A stretch of DNA of 63,355 nucleotides, filler included, from Rhabdomonas costata (lineage: Eukaryota): NCBI GenBank assembly GCA_019059605.1. It is 24 parts of 24 records of this genome, joined end to end, with 100 filler letters (N's around TTAATTAATTAA, not from the genome) between each part and the next. Parts side by side here need not be neighbours in the genome. Positions count along the whole stretch, not along the records: positions 13,234 to 15,778 come from JAHMHO010002930.1; positions 15,879 to 18,424 come from JAHMHO010002931.1; positions 18,525 to 21,069 come from JAHMHO010002932.1; positions 21,170 to 23,713 come from JAHMHO010002933.1; positions 23,814 to 26,358 come from JAHMHO010002934.1; 19 more parts are not named here. The stretch is one strand, 5' to 3'. Each line of letters starts with the position of its first letter. Position 1 is the stretch's first letter. A program made the position numbers and the translations under genes. Shown one piece after another: positions 14,161-26,458 of this stretch. A model generated the notes under the pieces. That model did not search any database. It saw only the letters and a list, made by a program, of their open reading frames with translations, and had not been told where the DNA came from.

Positions 14161-14787
14161 CTATGAGATAGGCGTCTTCGGTGAAGCCCAGCGGCAGTCC
14201 CCCGCCCACTCAACCACTCGCACGGCGTTACCGGCTTCCGTCATCGTTACCACGACGTAGGCGTCCTCGGTGAAGCCCAGCGGCAGTGGGGTGGGCGGGT
14301 CTCCTCCACCCACCACAGCAGTGCCGTTGACGGCGATCACGACGGTGCCGCCCGTGGGGTCCTCGAAGGCGCCGCGGTCCACCCGAAGCTCCACGCGGTC
14401 CCCGGCCTTCAGGTCGATCCCACGGAATCGCTGCATCTCGACGCCATTGTGAACCGACTGGCCGTTGCTGGCAAGGCACAGCCCTGGGGCCCATCTTCCG
14501 CTTCCGGGAGCGAGAGAAGGTGGATGTTGGAGATCGTCGCACGAGCCCACTGGAGATACTCCAAAGATGACGAACCCCCCTGACTTGGCTGTCACCTCGA
14601 AGCCCACAGTGGTCGGGCCGGGCTGCCCCACGCACAGCAGAGCATCAAGGCGAGCGCTGTGGAAGCCACTGCTGCCTGTGTGGCGGAGCTCCCGGCGGGC
14701 GGTGTCAGCGGGGACCTCAAACCACTGCGGGGGGCACGCCGTGGGGCCCTCCGCAAAGGCCGAGAACTGTGCCCACAGCCGCGGAAC
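14161..14787 (-). CDS. Terminal exon encoding a SPRY/B30.2-like beta-sandwich domain
   Basis: AG acceptor at 14788-14789, 208 codons, then TAG. Motifs GFEVTAKSGGFVIFGV, LKAGDRVELRVD and VVIAVNG resemble SPRY strands. Confidence 0.6.
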   Translation of the reverse strand, partial: VPRLWAQFSAFAEGPTACPPQWFEVPADTARRELRHTGSSGFHSARLDALLCVGQPGPTTVGFEVTAKSGGFVIFGVSPVGSCDDLQHPPSLAPGSGRWAPGLCLASNGQSVHNGVEMQRFRGIDLKAGDRVELRVDRGAFEDPTGGTVVIAVNGTAVVGGGDPPTPLPLGFTEDAYVVVTMTEAGNAVRVVEWAGDCRWASPKTPIS

Positions 14788-16118
14788 CTATTTCGGCAAA
14801 AGAAAAATCAGAGAGGTGAACGAAGCAAAACTGCATAGCACCTCCAAAGAGCGTCACGTCAACAGGCAACCAAAATGGGCGGCACACAGTGTCTTGAGAG
14901 GTTCTAGGTTCAGTGCAAAAGAGAAGTATTAAGTGAACCGACTCCTTCGGTTGCGAAAAGATGTGCGTGGAATATGGGGTGACAGAGGCCAGAGGGATAG
15001 GTTCCGACAGTCCTGAGCCGTGATGACGGAAAGAGAGGCACAGAGAAACCCAAGGGGGTAAAAGCCGAGAGAGAAAGTTGATATCAGATCTTGATTTGAA
15101 GCAGCAAGATCAGCAAGGGGGAAAAAGCAGTCTAGCGAAAGTCAGTATATCGGACGTGCATCGGGCGTTTCGGTATTGGCGAATGCAGGGGAGAAAATAT
15201 ATTTTTGCTGGTGAGCAAGGAAACAGTGGAACTTTAATCATCCTCACTAAACCCGCTGCTCACGAAATAGGAAAAAGTTGACATTGTTCGTTCGAGACAA
15301 AACGCTAATGCTGGAGACAACACGGAAAGACCCTCGTTGGAGCGCATCCAGTTGCTGTAATTGCTAAAAAGTTGGCAGCATTTGACTATCTCATTTAGAT
15401 GGAGGCAAACCGCAGGGAAGGAAAACCTGGGGCTTATGGGGAAGACCATGCGCTGGAGGTCCTGAGAGCAAACCTTTTGGTACACATCTTTTCACTGCTG
15501 ACTGCAAGACTGCATGGAATGCAGGGCCGCAAAAGAGGAGCATCAAATGTGTGCACATTGCAAAAGACTTGGCACGGGTTATGTTGCATATTGTTGTGGC
15601 AGGAAGGGGACGGATTTCTGCTCAATCGCCGGACAAGCATACAATTTCAAATGTGGAAATGGGCGCTTGGTTCATGTTGGCTGACTGTGAGGGGGCTGCG
15701 GTTTTGGTATGTGGTGCAAATCTTAAGAGGAATTGCTACGCTTGCGCAGCAATTCCTCTTAAGATTTGCACCACACACNNNNNNNNNNNNNNNNNNNNNN
15801 NNNNNNNNNNNNNNNNNNNNNNTTAATTAATTAANNNNNNNNNNNNNNNNNNNNNNNNNNNNNNNNNNNNNNNNNNNNGTGTGGGTGTGTTTGGTGTTTG
15901 TTGACACGTGTCACAGACCTCTATGTGCCTTTGTTGTTTGTCACTCATGCTTTTGGACCCGCGCAGAACTCTCTTTTGCTTCTGTGACGTGATTTCGTGT
16001 GTGTGTGTGTGGGGGGGGAACAGCAGGTTTACTCGCAATATTCGCGCTAACCTGCTCCTTTCTGTTATACCCTTATTGTTTGAGCTGCTTCGGTTTGCTC
16101 CTTGGTTCCTGCGCTCAG

Positions 16119-18260
16119 CTTTCTGGGGGAGCTTCTGCAGAAGGCTGGGTGCGAGGCCCCGCCCGAGCAACAGGCCCCCTCGCAGGACACCCCCGCCCGA
16201 GACGTTGGTGTACCTTCCCCGCGGGCAACCGCCGCTCAGTGGCTGACTGCTACTCCGGTGTGATTTGACCGCCTGACAATTGTAGTGGGATTGAACGTTG
16301 TTAATGATTCAATTAATGTAAAAAAAAATAGTTACAAAACGCAACAACTACATCCCCCTTCCTGGTCTTTTCTTCGCTGCTTCTGCCTCACGGTTTCTTT
16401 TCCGCCGCGTAGTGATCACAGCACACGAACAATTGTTTACATACTTTTGTGTGCTGCTTTGACTGCTTTGTTGTATTTCTTCACCCCCCCCCCCCAATAA
16501 CGTGACGTTTTCTCACGGTATGGTTGATGTGTTTCCAGCACGTACGTTAATGAATTTTTCACAAACGCCTTTGACACCACCCCAAACAGCTTCGTAAGGG
16601 TATCGTTGGATTTTGTTGCGCTTCTTTTCCGGATGTTCAGAAGTTATTTGCATATGTTCAGAAAATATATGATGTGCTCTTTTTCTGCAGGGCACGCCCG
16701 CACCTCAGAGGGAAGTAACTCTGCAGGACTTGCTGCAAGCAGATCTGGTGCGGGTCTCCAAGGGGCTGACACCCAAAGATACCCTTGAGGGGCTTATCCG
16801 TCTGAGCAAGTAACTGCATGCGCGCCAAGTGGTCGCACGCACACCCAGAGTTCACATGGCAATGAGGTCTTTTCTGAATGCAGCGGGCTATCTAATTTTC
16901 TCTCGCTGTCTGGGCCGCTCTCGGGGGTGCAGATCAGGCTCTTGGTACTTTCAGTGGGTTGGAGGTGTTCTTCTTTGCTTAGGGACACTTGCGTTTGTGT
17001 TTTGCTCATGTATGTTTGCGCGACCAAAAGACGGAAAAATTTTTCCAGAGGGGGTTTTTAAGCTCGCTTGGTTCATCGCACCCCCGGCCCATTAACAATT
17101 CGAGTCTGGATAAACCCGTCCGAGGCGGTCTCTATATCCCTTGCCAAAGCTGCAAGAATGCAGGGAACTCCGGAACGCGAATAGGTAGAGAGCAACCCGC
17201 CCAAGGCGGTCGCTTTCTCCTCTTGCTCGACTCCACTGGCCCCCGGCAAGAAAGGAGGGAGACAGAAAAAAATGAGAAAAGACGGAAAGGAATCACAGAC
17301 ACACACACCGCGCGCACACTCATATGAAGCAGAGCGGTAATTAAAAGAAAAGCTGCCCCTAACTTAACACGAGCGCAGCCTGTGGGTACTCGCACGTGGA
17401 CGTGAGAGAACCCTCCTCCCACGTGTCACAGGCTTGTGTTCTGAAAATGTGCGAAAGAAGCTGTGTAGCTGGATGTATGTGCGGTGTTGCAGGACCAAGG
17501 CAGGAGTTCCGCAGCAAGCGCGCCACGGCTGCCTTGGTATAGATTTTTGTTGCAAAATAAACAAAAAGGAACACACTCACTCACTCTGGTTCCTCCAAAA
17601 TTGTGGTTGCCTTTATTCTCATTCTGCTCTTGAATTGCAGGCACCTGAGGGATCTGGACTATCGTCTATGGCTGGGCATGGGAGTGCTGCTGACGGACCA
17701 CTATGCCGTGGGGGAGCTTCCCGGGTTCGTGTCCTTGCCTTGGGGATTCGAGGTGGAGGAGTGCCGGCAGTTCATTCACTCCAATTTGGACCGCATGGCT
17801 GAGGCTCGGGCTCAGGTTTGCCCGTACGAGTTGAGCGATGGGTTGATGTGGATTCGGACAATCGCTTTGTGTTATGTGTGAACAGTCACATCCCGCCGAT
17901 AGCGTCAGAAATAAGCACTGTGCGTTGTATTATTTTGTTGTGGTTCACTGGGCAACTGTTTCTGGAAGTCAATTCGAATCAAGAATGACTCAAGCAAACT
18001 ATCCGAGCACATCCAATGGGTTTGTTCTGAACATTTCTCCTTTTGGGCTCGCATCATTCATAGACGGTGTCTTCCTGAAAATGGGAATAATAATAGGGCC
18101 TCGGGTGCCTTTTATTTGCCACAGATTCTGGAGCAAGCCGTGGCTATTGAGGATTTGTCCTGGGAGCTCTCCAAGAGCCTTGGGCTGGCCTCTGTAGTTC
18201 TTCCGGACGCTTCGCCCAACCCTCCTAGGGTTGACGCTCGGGCGCAGCGGCAGCGGCAAG
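16119..18260 (+). CDS. Multi-exon protein, possibly TCAIM/DUF4461-like
   Basis: In-phase exons 16119-16257, 16691-16809, 17641-17815 and 18125-~18260. LLTDHYAVGELPGFVSLPWGF resembles the DUF4461 GxxxIPW motif. The gene is well supported; the product is tentative. Confidence 0.5.
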
Positions 18261-19597
18261 GCACCACGGAACCTGCCGTTCAAAATGAGCACTTGTCCCC
18301 AACTGACTCCAACTCCCGGAATGTTACCACTGTCTGCCCTTTCCATTCCACGTCGACTCTCCAATTCCAAGATGGATGGTCTCCTTCTTTTGGAATTCGC
18401 CCAGCAGTCAGGACAACAACAAAANNNNNNNNNNNNNNNNNNNNNNNNNNNNNNNNNNNNNNNNNNNNTTAATTAATTAANNNNNNNNNNNNNNNNNNNN
18501 NNNNNNNNNNNNNNNNNNNNNNNNGTTTTTGTGCCCTTCCGTTTGTTTTATCTGCTTTTGCGCACGCGTTTTGGACTGATCGAACGTTTGTCTTCTGCCC
18601 CTGTTTGTGGGCTCACCCCATGCCTTCTGGGTCGTGTTGTCTTGTTCGCAGTTTTGCGGGCCCGTGCCTGGGCCCGTGCTTCTGCCTCCGTTGTTTGTTT
18701 CCTTTCTAGAGCTTTTCTGGACATTCTGACGGTTTTTTGTTTTTGTCCTTCTTCTGCCGGTGCTGCTTCTCTTGTTTTGTTGTTCCAAGCCCATTTTTTA
18801 GTCCTTTGCGAAGAAAATGTGGTGCGTCCTTTTCGCAATTCTGAACGTTGCTTTCCGTCATTGTTGTTTCGGTCCTAAAGGGCGCTCTGATGAACAAGCG
18901 TTCCTGGGGACCCGCTTTTAATGTTCGAAACGCGAAAGCCGTCCAAGTCCACTTCCTTGTTGCGGCAAAAATGGCGGAGTCGGGTGACCGCCCCTCGGCG
19001 CGGCCACTTGAAAAAGGAAAGGGGAGGCGGCAAAACGGAATGCTAGCACAAAAAGCGCTCGACTTACAGGGGCGCATTGCGGGGGGAAGTCCGGCAAACG
19101 AAAATCCCGCGAGCATTGACGGCATTAGCGTCGCCGGGCAGCGGCAGATGAACAACAACAGCGCGACAGCAGCGGGGGGGCACACAGAAACCGGAAAGAC
19201 GATGCACCGACCGAAGAAGACCGGGAGCAATAGTAGGGTCAGAAAAAAACACAAAATAACAAGCTGAATGTGTGGGCGCCGCGACGTAGAACCGAAGGAG
19301 CGGTTGAAAGAAAAACAAATAAGCCCGCATTCCACATCATGGCGCTGCAGAAGACGCGAACTGGCGAAAGCGCGCAGCGCTACATGACCCGGTCCATGGC
19401 GTAGCGAGGCTGTGCCATCGCTTCTGGGAAGCCCGTTCCACTTATCTTCATCTCGCAGCTACCAACATGTAATCCGTTCGCGCAGGCGGCTGTGTCATCT
19501 CCGTCGTCCGCCCCTGTACCCCCATCGTCACGGTCCCTCAGGCGACCCGCAGTTTCAGAAGCTCTGGGACGCAGGCCGGTGATTCCATGCCATCCAC

Positions 19598-21069
19598 TTG
19601 AACTGCGTGGGTTCCTTCATGCACTTTGCCTCATCCTCCGCTCCGCATGAGGACGTGAAAGCTGCCGATGCCGCCACATTTGCCGCGCTGGTCGAAATGG
19701 ACGTCTTTGGTGAGGTGACCATCCTGCTCACGGGTTATTTTAACATGGAGGCCCACATGTCACCAGCGCTTGCTGTTTCTTGCACTAACGGTGGCTGGCA
19801 CGACATCTCCGACATCTACGCCAAGCGGGGCAAGGACCCAGAGGCGCCTACATGCACGGCGCTGCCTGGATTACAGCCGCGGCGCATCGACTTCAAACAT
19901 TATTGTCATCTATGCAAAATATTTTCCTTCCTAGACGACACATTGCTGCCAACACACAAGCCGCTGAACGTGCTCCTCTCGATGCAGGCCTTCGCCAGCA
20001 GTTGGCATTCCACATTGCAAACGCAGCCTCCACATCCGACCAGGTGAACGCCTGGGCCCCTCTTTCCCAAGCCTGGGAGGCCTCCCTAGCTCTCCACGGG
20101 ATCCAGGACATCGACGCCGTGTGGGTTGCATTTTGTACCGCTGTACCGCGGAGGAAAACTACTTCCTGGCGCAGCAGGCCTACAACCTGGACCGCCAGCC
20201 CAAACGATACCGCGTCCGGGCCTCCTGCGACGCACCACGGATGTCCACAGTCGTTCATCCGCAAGAGCGCTGTGACATGTGCGGGGCCCTCACTCACCTG
20301 CTTTTTAGACTTCTCAAGATGGTCAGACGCCTGGAGGATCAACAAAAGATCAGCCTATCATGGAAGCTCTGTCCGGGACCACTTCCCTCATCTGGATGTT
20401 CGCAGATGGCGCCTCATCCGCGCGTCCTCCGTGGCCCTGCTGACACCCTAGCTGAGCTTGGCACTCTGTGACCAGGACCCCCAACCACTGGGCGACCTAC
20501 ACCACATTCTCGACCGGCTACGGGCTCTGATTACATCCAATTACGACCGCCTACGCCGTGCGCAAATCGAGGTCTGGACCTCCTGTGTGCACTCCACGTG
20601 TAACTCCTGCAGCCAGTGTCGCCTGTACTCCCACACCAGAGGTTAAACATCCACCGGGGCGACGATGCTGCAGCTCCATGACGGATCACTAACGGCTGAT
20701 CATTCTGAGATGGACACACTTCTGTCTCCTTTATGGGGCCGTCTTCCGGATGTACGCCACCTCCACAGAGCCACAATGGACCCCATTTGAGGCCCGCTTC
20801 GGTACATATATCACCTCCCATCCCCTGGCATCCCCCGCCATTACCGCTGCCGAGCTGCGCAAGACCCTTCAGAGCAAGTCCCCCCACACGGACTGTGGCC
20901 CCTACGGCTGGCGTGTGGCGGAACTCCGGGCCCTCCCTGACCTCCTCCTGGAGCACTTGGCCACCATCCTGCACCTGATCGAGACTCAAGGTCACTGGAA
21001 CCCAGCGTCGCGGCAGGCCTGTATCACGCTGATACACAAGGGCAGTCAAATACACATGGACAACAACAA
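19598..21069 (+). mobile_element. Degenerate non-LTR retrotransposon (APE endonuclease + start of reverse transcriptase)
   Basis: Intronless, frameshifted pieces: ILLTGYFN (GDFN-like), PTC...RRIDF and LPTHKPL of an APE domain, then ITAAELRKTL...CGPYGWRVAELRALP...GHW...CITLIHKG typical of RT subdomains 0-1. Truncated by the contig end. Confidence 0.8.
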
Positions 21070-21285
21070 NNNNNNNNNNNNNNNNNNNNNNNNNNNNNNN
21101 NNNNNNNNNNNNNTTAATTAATTAANNNNNNNNNNNNNNNNNNNNNNNNNNNNNNNNNNNNNNNNNNNNGTTTGTGTGTAAAGGGCGGAGGGGTGTGGGT
21201 GCGATAAATTAGCAGGCTTGCTTTTCTTTTCTATCACTTCTTTCACCTTCCAGACCTGTTGACCCGCCCTGCCCCCTCCGCGCAG

Positions 21286-23493
21286 GTGTTCGCGTATCTC
21301 CCGGTGAAGGAGTACGGGCTGAAGTTCTTGCTGAACGGGGACTTCTGCCTGGCGTCCTCCCGCGAGTTCATCACGGAGGACCACGAGTGGAACTTCTTCC
21401 TGCGCTCTCACCTCGCACCCGCGTTCACAAGTGTGCTTTCCGATTTTACGTTTGTATGCCTGCAGCAACTTGCATTCACATTGGGCACGGTATAAACATT
21501 TTCAGTAGACAATGGATTTGCAACATCTGATCAACATTGCTATTCATGAAGGGTAGTTCACAGAATGTCACTACATCAACTTCAAAGCGAGCTTCTTTAA
21601 ATTTGGGACTTGTTTTTATCAAACTAATTAGCTTTTCTTGCTCCCTCCCTCAGATGCTTTCCTGACTTACCTGAAGCACTCCGCCAACAGCGAGTCGTAC
21701 CCCTACCGCCACTGGGAGTTTGTCCCGCTGGCCGGGGAGGTTGACGGGTTCTTCTCGCAGGCGGTGCAGCAGATCTGGAATGTGCACGTTGTACCCACTT
21801 CCTATTAACTATGCTGTTATTGTTGTTAACAAAGAACGTTTCCCCCTGGAAGAGCCGAGCATTTCCGAGCATTTCACGTCGTCTCAAAACATGATCATAA
21901 GTTTTTTATTGTTGTCCATTGTCACTCTTTCTTCTCTGTCTCATGCAGGACCACACTGCAAAGCAGCCCTGCGCTTCCCTCGCCCAGTGGAGGGCCCATG
22001 GTGGCTCCCTGTGACATGCTCTTCCCGCCCGACGAGGACTTGGCCGCCTTGGTCACCAATGAAGGTTCTCGCCCCTACCCTGTCCTCGTTTTCGTTCCCA
22101 GCCCAACCGGGTTTGGAACGGGATCGGTTGGGATCGGGAATTAGGTATTACATTATCTTTTCTGTCGGCAAGGTTCTTCTAAAATGGTGGCCTTCACACT
22201 TCTTTTTTCATGCAGAGCTCCAGAAGGCTACTGGGAAACAGTTCCTCGCCGCGCACTCCATCTCTGACCGCCTGAAGCGAGTGTACACGCAGCTGGGCGT
22301 CCGTGAGTTCGCCGTGACTGACCTGTACGAAGTGCTCAAGATGGATGGGTTTGTGCTTTGTAGAAGTTCCCTCCCCCAGCCTTCCTGTGGACCCTTCCGA
22401 CCCTGTGGATCCTCTCATTCCTGAAGCTTTCCCCTCTTTTCTCCCATAACCTTTCCCTTCCCGCTACTCCTCATTCCAGATCCCTGGCGTACCCATCTGC
22501 TTCCCTTCGTGCCAACGTCTGCTGCCACAATCGTGCAAAAAATAGTGGAACCTTTTCGTATCGTGGGATCATGTTCCATTGGTTTAGATGGGTTTGTCTG
22601 CCGTAGCCCATGCCAACCGGTTCTGCTGTTGTTCCAGGTTCTCGTATTCCTTGCTCTATGGTTTCGACGGCACTATCACACACAGCCTCACACACCGGAC
22701 TCTCTTGGGGGTGCCGCTGGCCCGGGAACTGCTGTCATGCGGGGTCATTGCATCGGAACCCCCACCCCCGGAAAAGTTAGTGTGCCAGTGCAGAACCAAT
22801 GGATGATCCATAGTGTGTTAGCACCCTCAAACCTTGGGATCTGTCTTTACTGTCCAAGTCTGTCGGTTTTGCGTGCTAAGCGCACGCGTACGTCTGTTTC
22901 TTTTATCGCAGCTTGTTGCTCGTGGTATATTTTTCAAGGGTGTTGTTGATGCATCATTCTCGCGGGTGGGTGCGAGTTGCCCCTTCCCACTTAGGTATCT
23001 CGCGACGAAGGCCCAAGACACGAAGTGGTTCATGCGGCTGTACAAGTTCCTGGCGCACTACCTGCGCAGCTCACAAGACCGCGCCCAGATGGCGGAGCTG
23101 ATCAAGCTCCCCGTGGTGCTGCTGCACTCTGGAAAGGTGTGTGTTTCTACTCGCGGAGGGCGTTAACCTAAGTTTACCGAGGAGGGAGTTTACCGAGGTT
23201 TCGGTAAGCTCCCCTCCTCTCCGCACTTACAACTTCGTTGTGCACTGCACCGTATCTCCGACGGACTCGCTTAAGCTCGCTCTAATGTCGCGCTGTCAAT
23301 GTCCCGCCTCACAGGCACATTTGCTTGTGCTCTTTTCGCAGGTCATTTCCGCCGCCTCGGCGCCAGTGTACTTCTTCCCTCACTCCCAAAGCTACGGCTT
23401 TGAGCAGGAGCTGGTCCTCGTTCATCGCGAGCTGGGTGAGGACAGCACCTGCGTGGATGTTCTGGAGAACCTTGGCGTGCAGTACACCGATCG
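21286..23493 (+). CDS. NO VEIN/sacsin-like (HSP90-like ATPase repeat) protein, internal exons
   Basis: Exons 21286-21430, 21654-21777, 21949-22064, 22216-22348, 22995-23136 and 23342-23493. VFAYLPVKEYGLKFLLNGDFCLASSREFITEDHEWN matches the NOV/sacsin FAFLP...F.lqgDF.L.SSRE...WN motif. Confidence 0.85.
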
Positions 23494-23859
23494 GTGTGTC
23501 CCGCGAAAAAGAAGAAACTCCAGCCCTCTTGTTTAAACGGAAAATAATTTCAACTGGAAGAAATCAGTAGATGCATGGTGGCGAGCTGTGCTTCACCCCT
23601 GGCTTGGGACCTTCGGTAGAGCAGCGGAATATGCTGTTGTAAACCCTTTGCTTAAAAGTATCTGACTATGCAACTGGTATGTCGATTTCGCTCACATCGG
23701 CATTTTTGGTCGTNNNNNNNNNNNNNNNNNNNNNNNNNNNNNNNNNNNNNNNNNNNNTTAATTAATTAANNNNNNNNNNNNNNNNNNNNNNNNNNNNNNN
23801 NNNNNNNNNNNNNGTGGTGGGTGTGTTTGGTTTTGTGTGTCTGCCCTGGCGCCGTGCAG

Positions 23860-24900
23860 GACCCCCGACAGGGAGGGGAAGCTTGCCATGTCATTGCAGA
23901 TCGACCCCCGGGGACGGGGGATTCCCACTGATTACATGGGCAACGCCGCCTGCACCATTTATCTTCGAATTTCAAGCGAGGTCCGTGTCTACACTGTTTG
24001 GAGCTTACATGTCTTTCAGCTTTTTGTGAAGTGTAATATAAATAATCCTCCCTCTCCTGCCCAGCAATGGTTTTTCAGTACTCCTGTATTGAACTGGAAG
24101 AGAAGGTCGTAGGTGGTGGTTGTATTTGTAGCAAAACGTTGCCTGCTTGTAATAATCAGAGGTGTCAGATGATCTTGATGTCCAACCTCGGCTCAGATTT
24201 TGTTAATCTGGTTCAACTTTTTAACGTTCTTTTTTATTGCAACTGTCTTCCTGTCTTGTTTTCAAGCACCCCGCCTCCGGAAGGCGCTGTGTGGCGGGGC
24301 AGATTGGGAATGCTGCCTTGATGCGTTTTTGCCTTTCAGTCCTTGTGCGACGAGGCGAGAAGCAAAGAAGCAGGAGACACAGGTGCTAGTTGCTTGCACA
24401 TTTTGGATGATGCAATGTCGTCTGTTAGGTGGCACTGCATGGAGACATCCTGACAATTGCGACCCACCTGAAGTCCTCGCTTGCTGAGCAGGTCGCGAAG
24501 CTCAGTCAAGACCCGTGGATGCAGCAGCCCATCGGCTGGGGAAACCCAACAACTTCCCCAGAGCTGTTTCACTGGTGCGTTTCAGTATTATGCTGCGCGT
24601 CTCCTTTAGCTGTGTAGCTTCGGGTTGGACATCCGTCTGCATGTATTCTTTTTGTGGGTGGGGTTCAGGAACTCTTGGGTGCGATCCAGTCTTCAGTCCG
24701 TTTTTGACCCCGTGACCACGGTGCTGGACTTCAGCTGGCTGAACCTACTGCAGTGCGGAATGGCGGGGGTGATCGTGGCCGTTCCCGTGCGGGAGCCCTC
24801 TGGTGCCGTGGGCCTTGCGGTGTCCCTAGCAGAGATGGAGATGCAGGCGTTGCACAATCTTTTGGCGGAGTTTGAGCGACCACTAGAGGGGCAGTTGTAG
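23860..24900 (+). CDS. BAHD/Transferase-like CoA-dependent acyltransferase, C-terminal part
   Basis: Exons 23860-23980, 24429-24574 and 24669-24900 (TAG) are in phase. IDPRGRGIPTDYMGNA fits the D.R.R..P..YFGNA motif, followed by WNSW and the terminal GAVGLAVSLAEMEMQAL pattern. DFGWG is degenerate. Confidence 0.6.
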
Positions 24901-25444
24901 ACCGCTTCCCCTTATCCTGTCCGAAAACTTTTGTTTTTTCAATGCTTGATAAACGTCTGCCTGTTTTCCTTACTTCACTGGGTGGGCTGACCCAGGTTTT
25001 GACTTTTTGAACGCTTTGCTCGGGGGAGAGGTTCCACACCAATGCCTGCCCAAACGTAATTCTCACGCCTAATTGAGAAGTTTCACGTACTTTCCTATCT
25101 ACTTTTGGAACTAGTATGATTCACGGTGATTTTCTAGTTCTGACCGACATGAATTCATCGAGTGCAGACTTATTTCTCAGCAAAACAGCCCAGACACTGG
25201 GACTACCTGCAGAAAGCGAAAGCGCCCTGTCTTCGGCCAGCCTCATGGGCTTACGCGACCCACAATTGCGCAGACTTAAATCCGGGACATTGGACGTGTG
25301 ACACATTTTAATCCGGAACAGCATGCGGAACAGCATGTTAAGATACGTTTAATTGCACATGGGGTGCCGGACAGCCTCCTCCCTCTTCTCCTGTTTTTCC
25401 CAGTCTTTCTTCAGTAACCACTCAGTTACTGTCTCCTCGAAACC

Positions 25445-26358
25445 ATGATGACACCTCAGCGCGTACTCGTCTTTGGCGACAGCCTCGCCGTGGGCTTCAC
25501 CGACGGAGGGCGGGCCCTGTTTCCCTACAGCACTCAGCTGCAGGCCGTTTTGAACGTCCCCGTGGAGGCCACGGGCTGCTCTGGCTGGCGCACCGACGAG
25601 CTCCGGGCGCAGATGCGCAACCACGCCTGCAGAGATCTCACGGGCAGGGTCAGCCCCGGACTCATCGCCAAGCTCCAGAGCCGAGAAGACTACACCCTAT
25701 GCATCCTGCAAGCTGGCTCGAATGACTTGCTTCTAGAGGCGCTGGGGAAACCCCCGCGAGCCCTGGAAGATATTCTTGACGACTTAAAAGCCCTTCACCT
25801 CGCCTGTCACGCCCGTGGAATAAGGACCATGGCCATCGGTGTCATGGGTTGTAAGTGGATCTCTCCGGCAAAGCTGCAGTTGTTCAACGGGATGTTGGCT
25901 GCGTGGGCCGCGTCGGCTTCAGACTGGACAACCTACGCGGACATGCCACAGCTCCTTCCCTACAGTGAAAGCGGGATCAGGGTGGACTGGGAGCCTGATG
26001 CCCTCCACCTGACCCCAGCAGGGTATTCCAAATTTGGGTATATTCTGGCTCCCTACGTCCGGCGCTGCTTGGAGACCAAGCGCGCGGCGATGGCGTCGTC
26101 CATGGTCTTTTCAATGCCCTGCCGGGGATTGCCGCCGGTCATCCAATCGCTGAAGAAGCGCGACCTCTTCTTCACTTCTCATTACGTCACAATTCGGGTG
26201 GCGTGGCGCTTCAAAACCGTACTGTGCCCACTTCGACTGTGCCGGGCCCTCAACCGAGCGTTCATAACCTATCCAAGCTTCTCTGGCTACCTCGTGATGG
26301 GCGGTGGAGAGGGTTCCGGAGAGGAGCCCTATATTGCCGGCGGGCAAGCCAACCAACC
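25445..26358 (+). CDS. SGNH/GDSL hydrolase, intronless, 3'-partial
   Basis: Block I VFGDSLAVG, block II GCSG, block III QAGSND, block V DALHLTPAGY. The frame stays open about 95 aa past the domain to the contig end. Confidence 0.92.
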
Positions 26359-26458
26359 NNNNNNNNNNNNNNNNNNNNNNNNNNNNNNNNNNNNNNNNNN
26401 NNTTAATTAATTAANNNNNNNNNNNNNNNNNNNNNNNNNNNNNNNNNNNNNNNNNNNN

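Noticed and set aside
13813-14166. Lys/Arg-rich ORF as a basic nuclear protein (likewise 12565-12777 and 18548-18838)
   Set aside because: These are antisense reads of T-rich non-coding sequence (UTR, intron or repeat).
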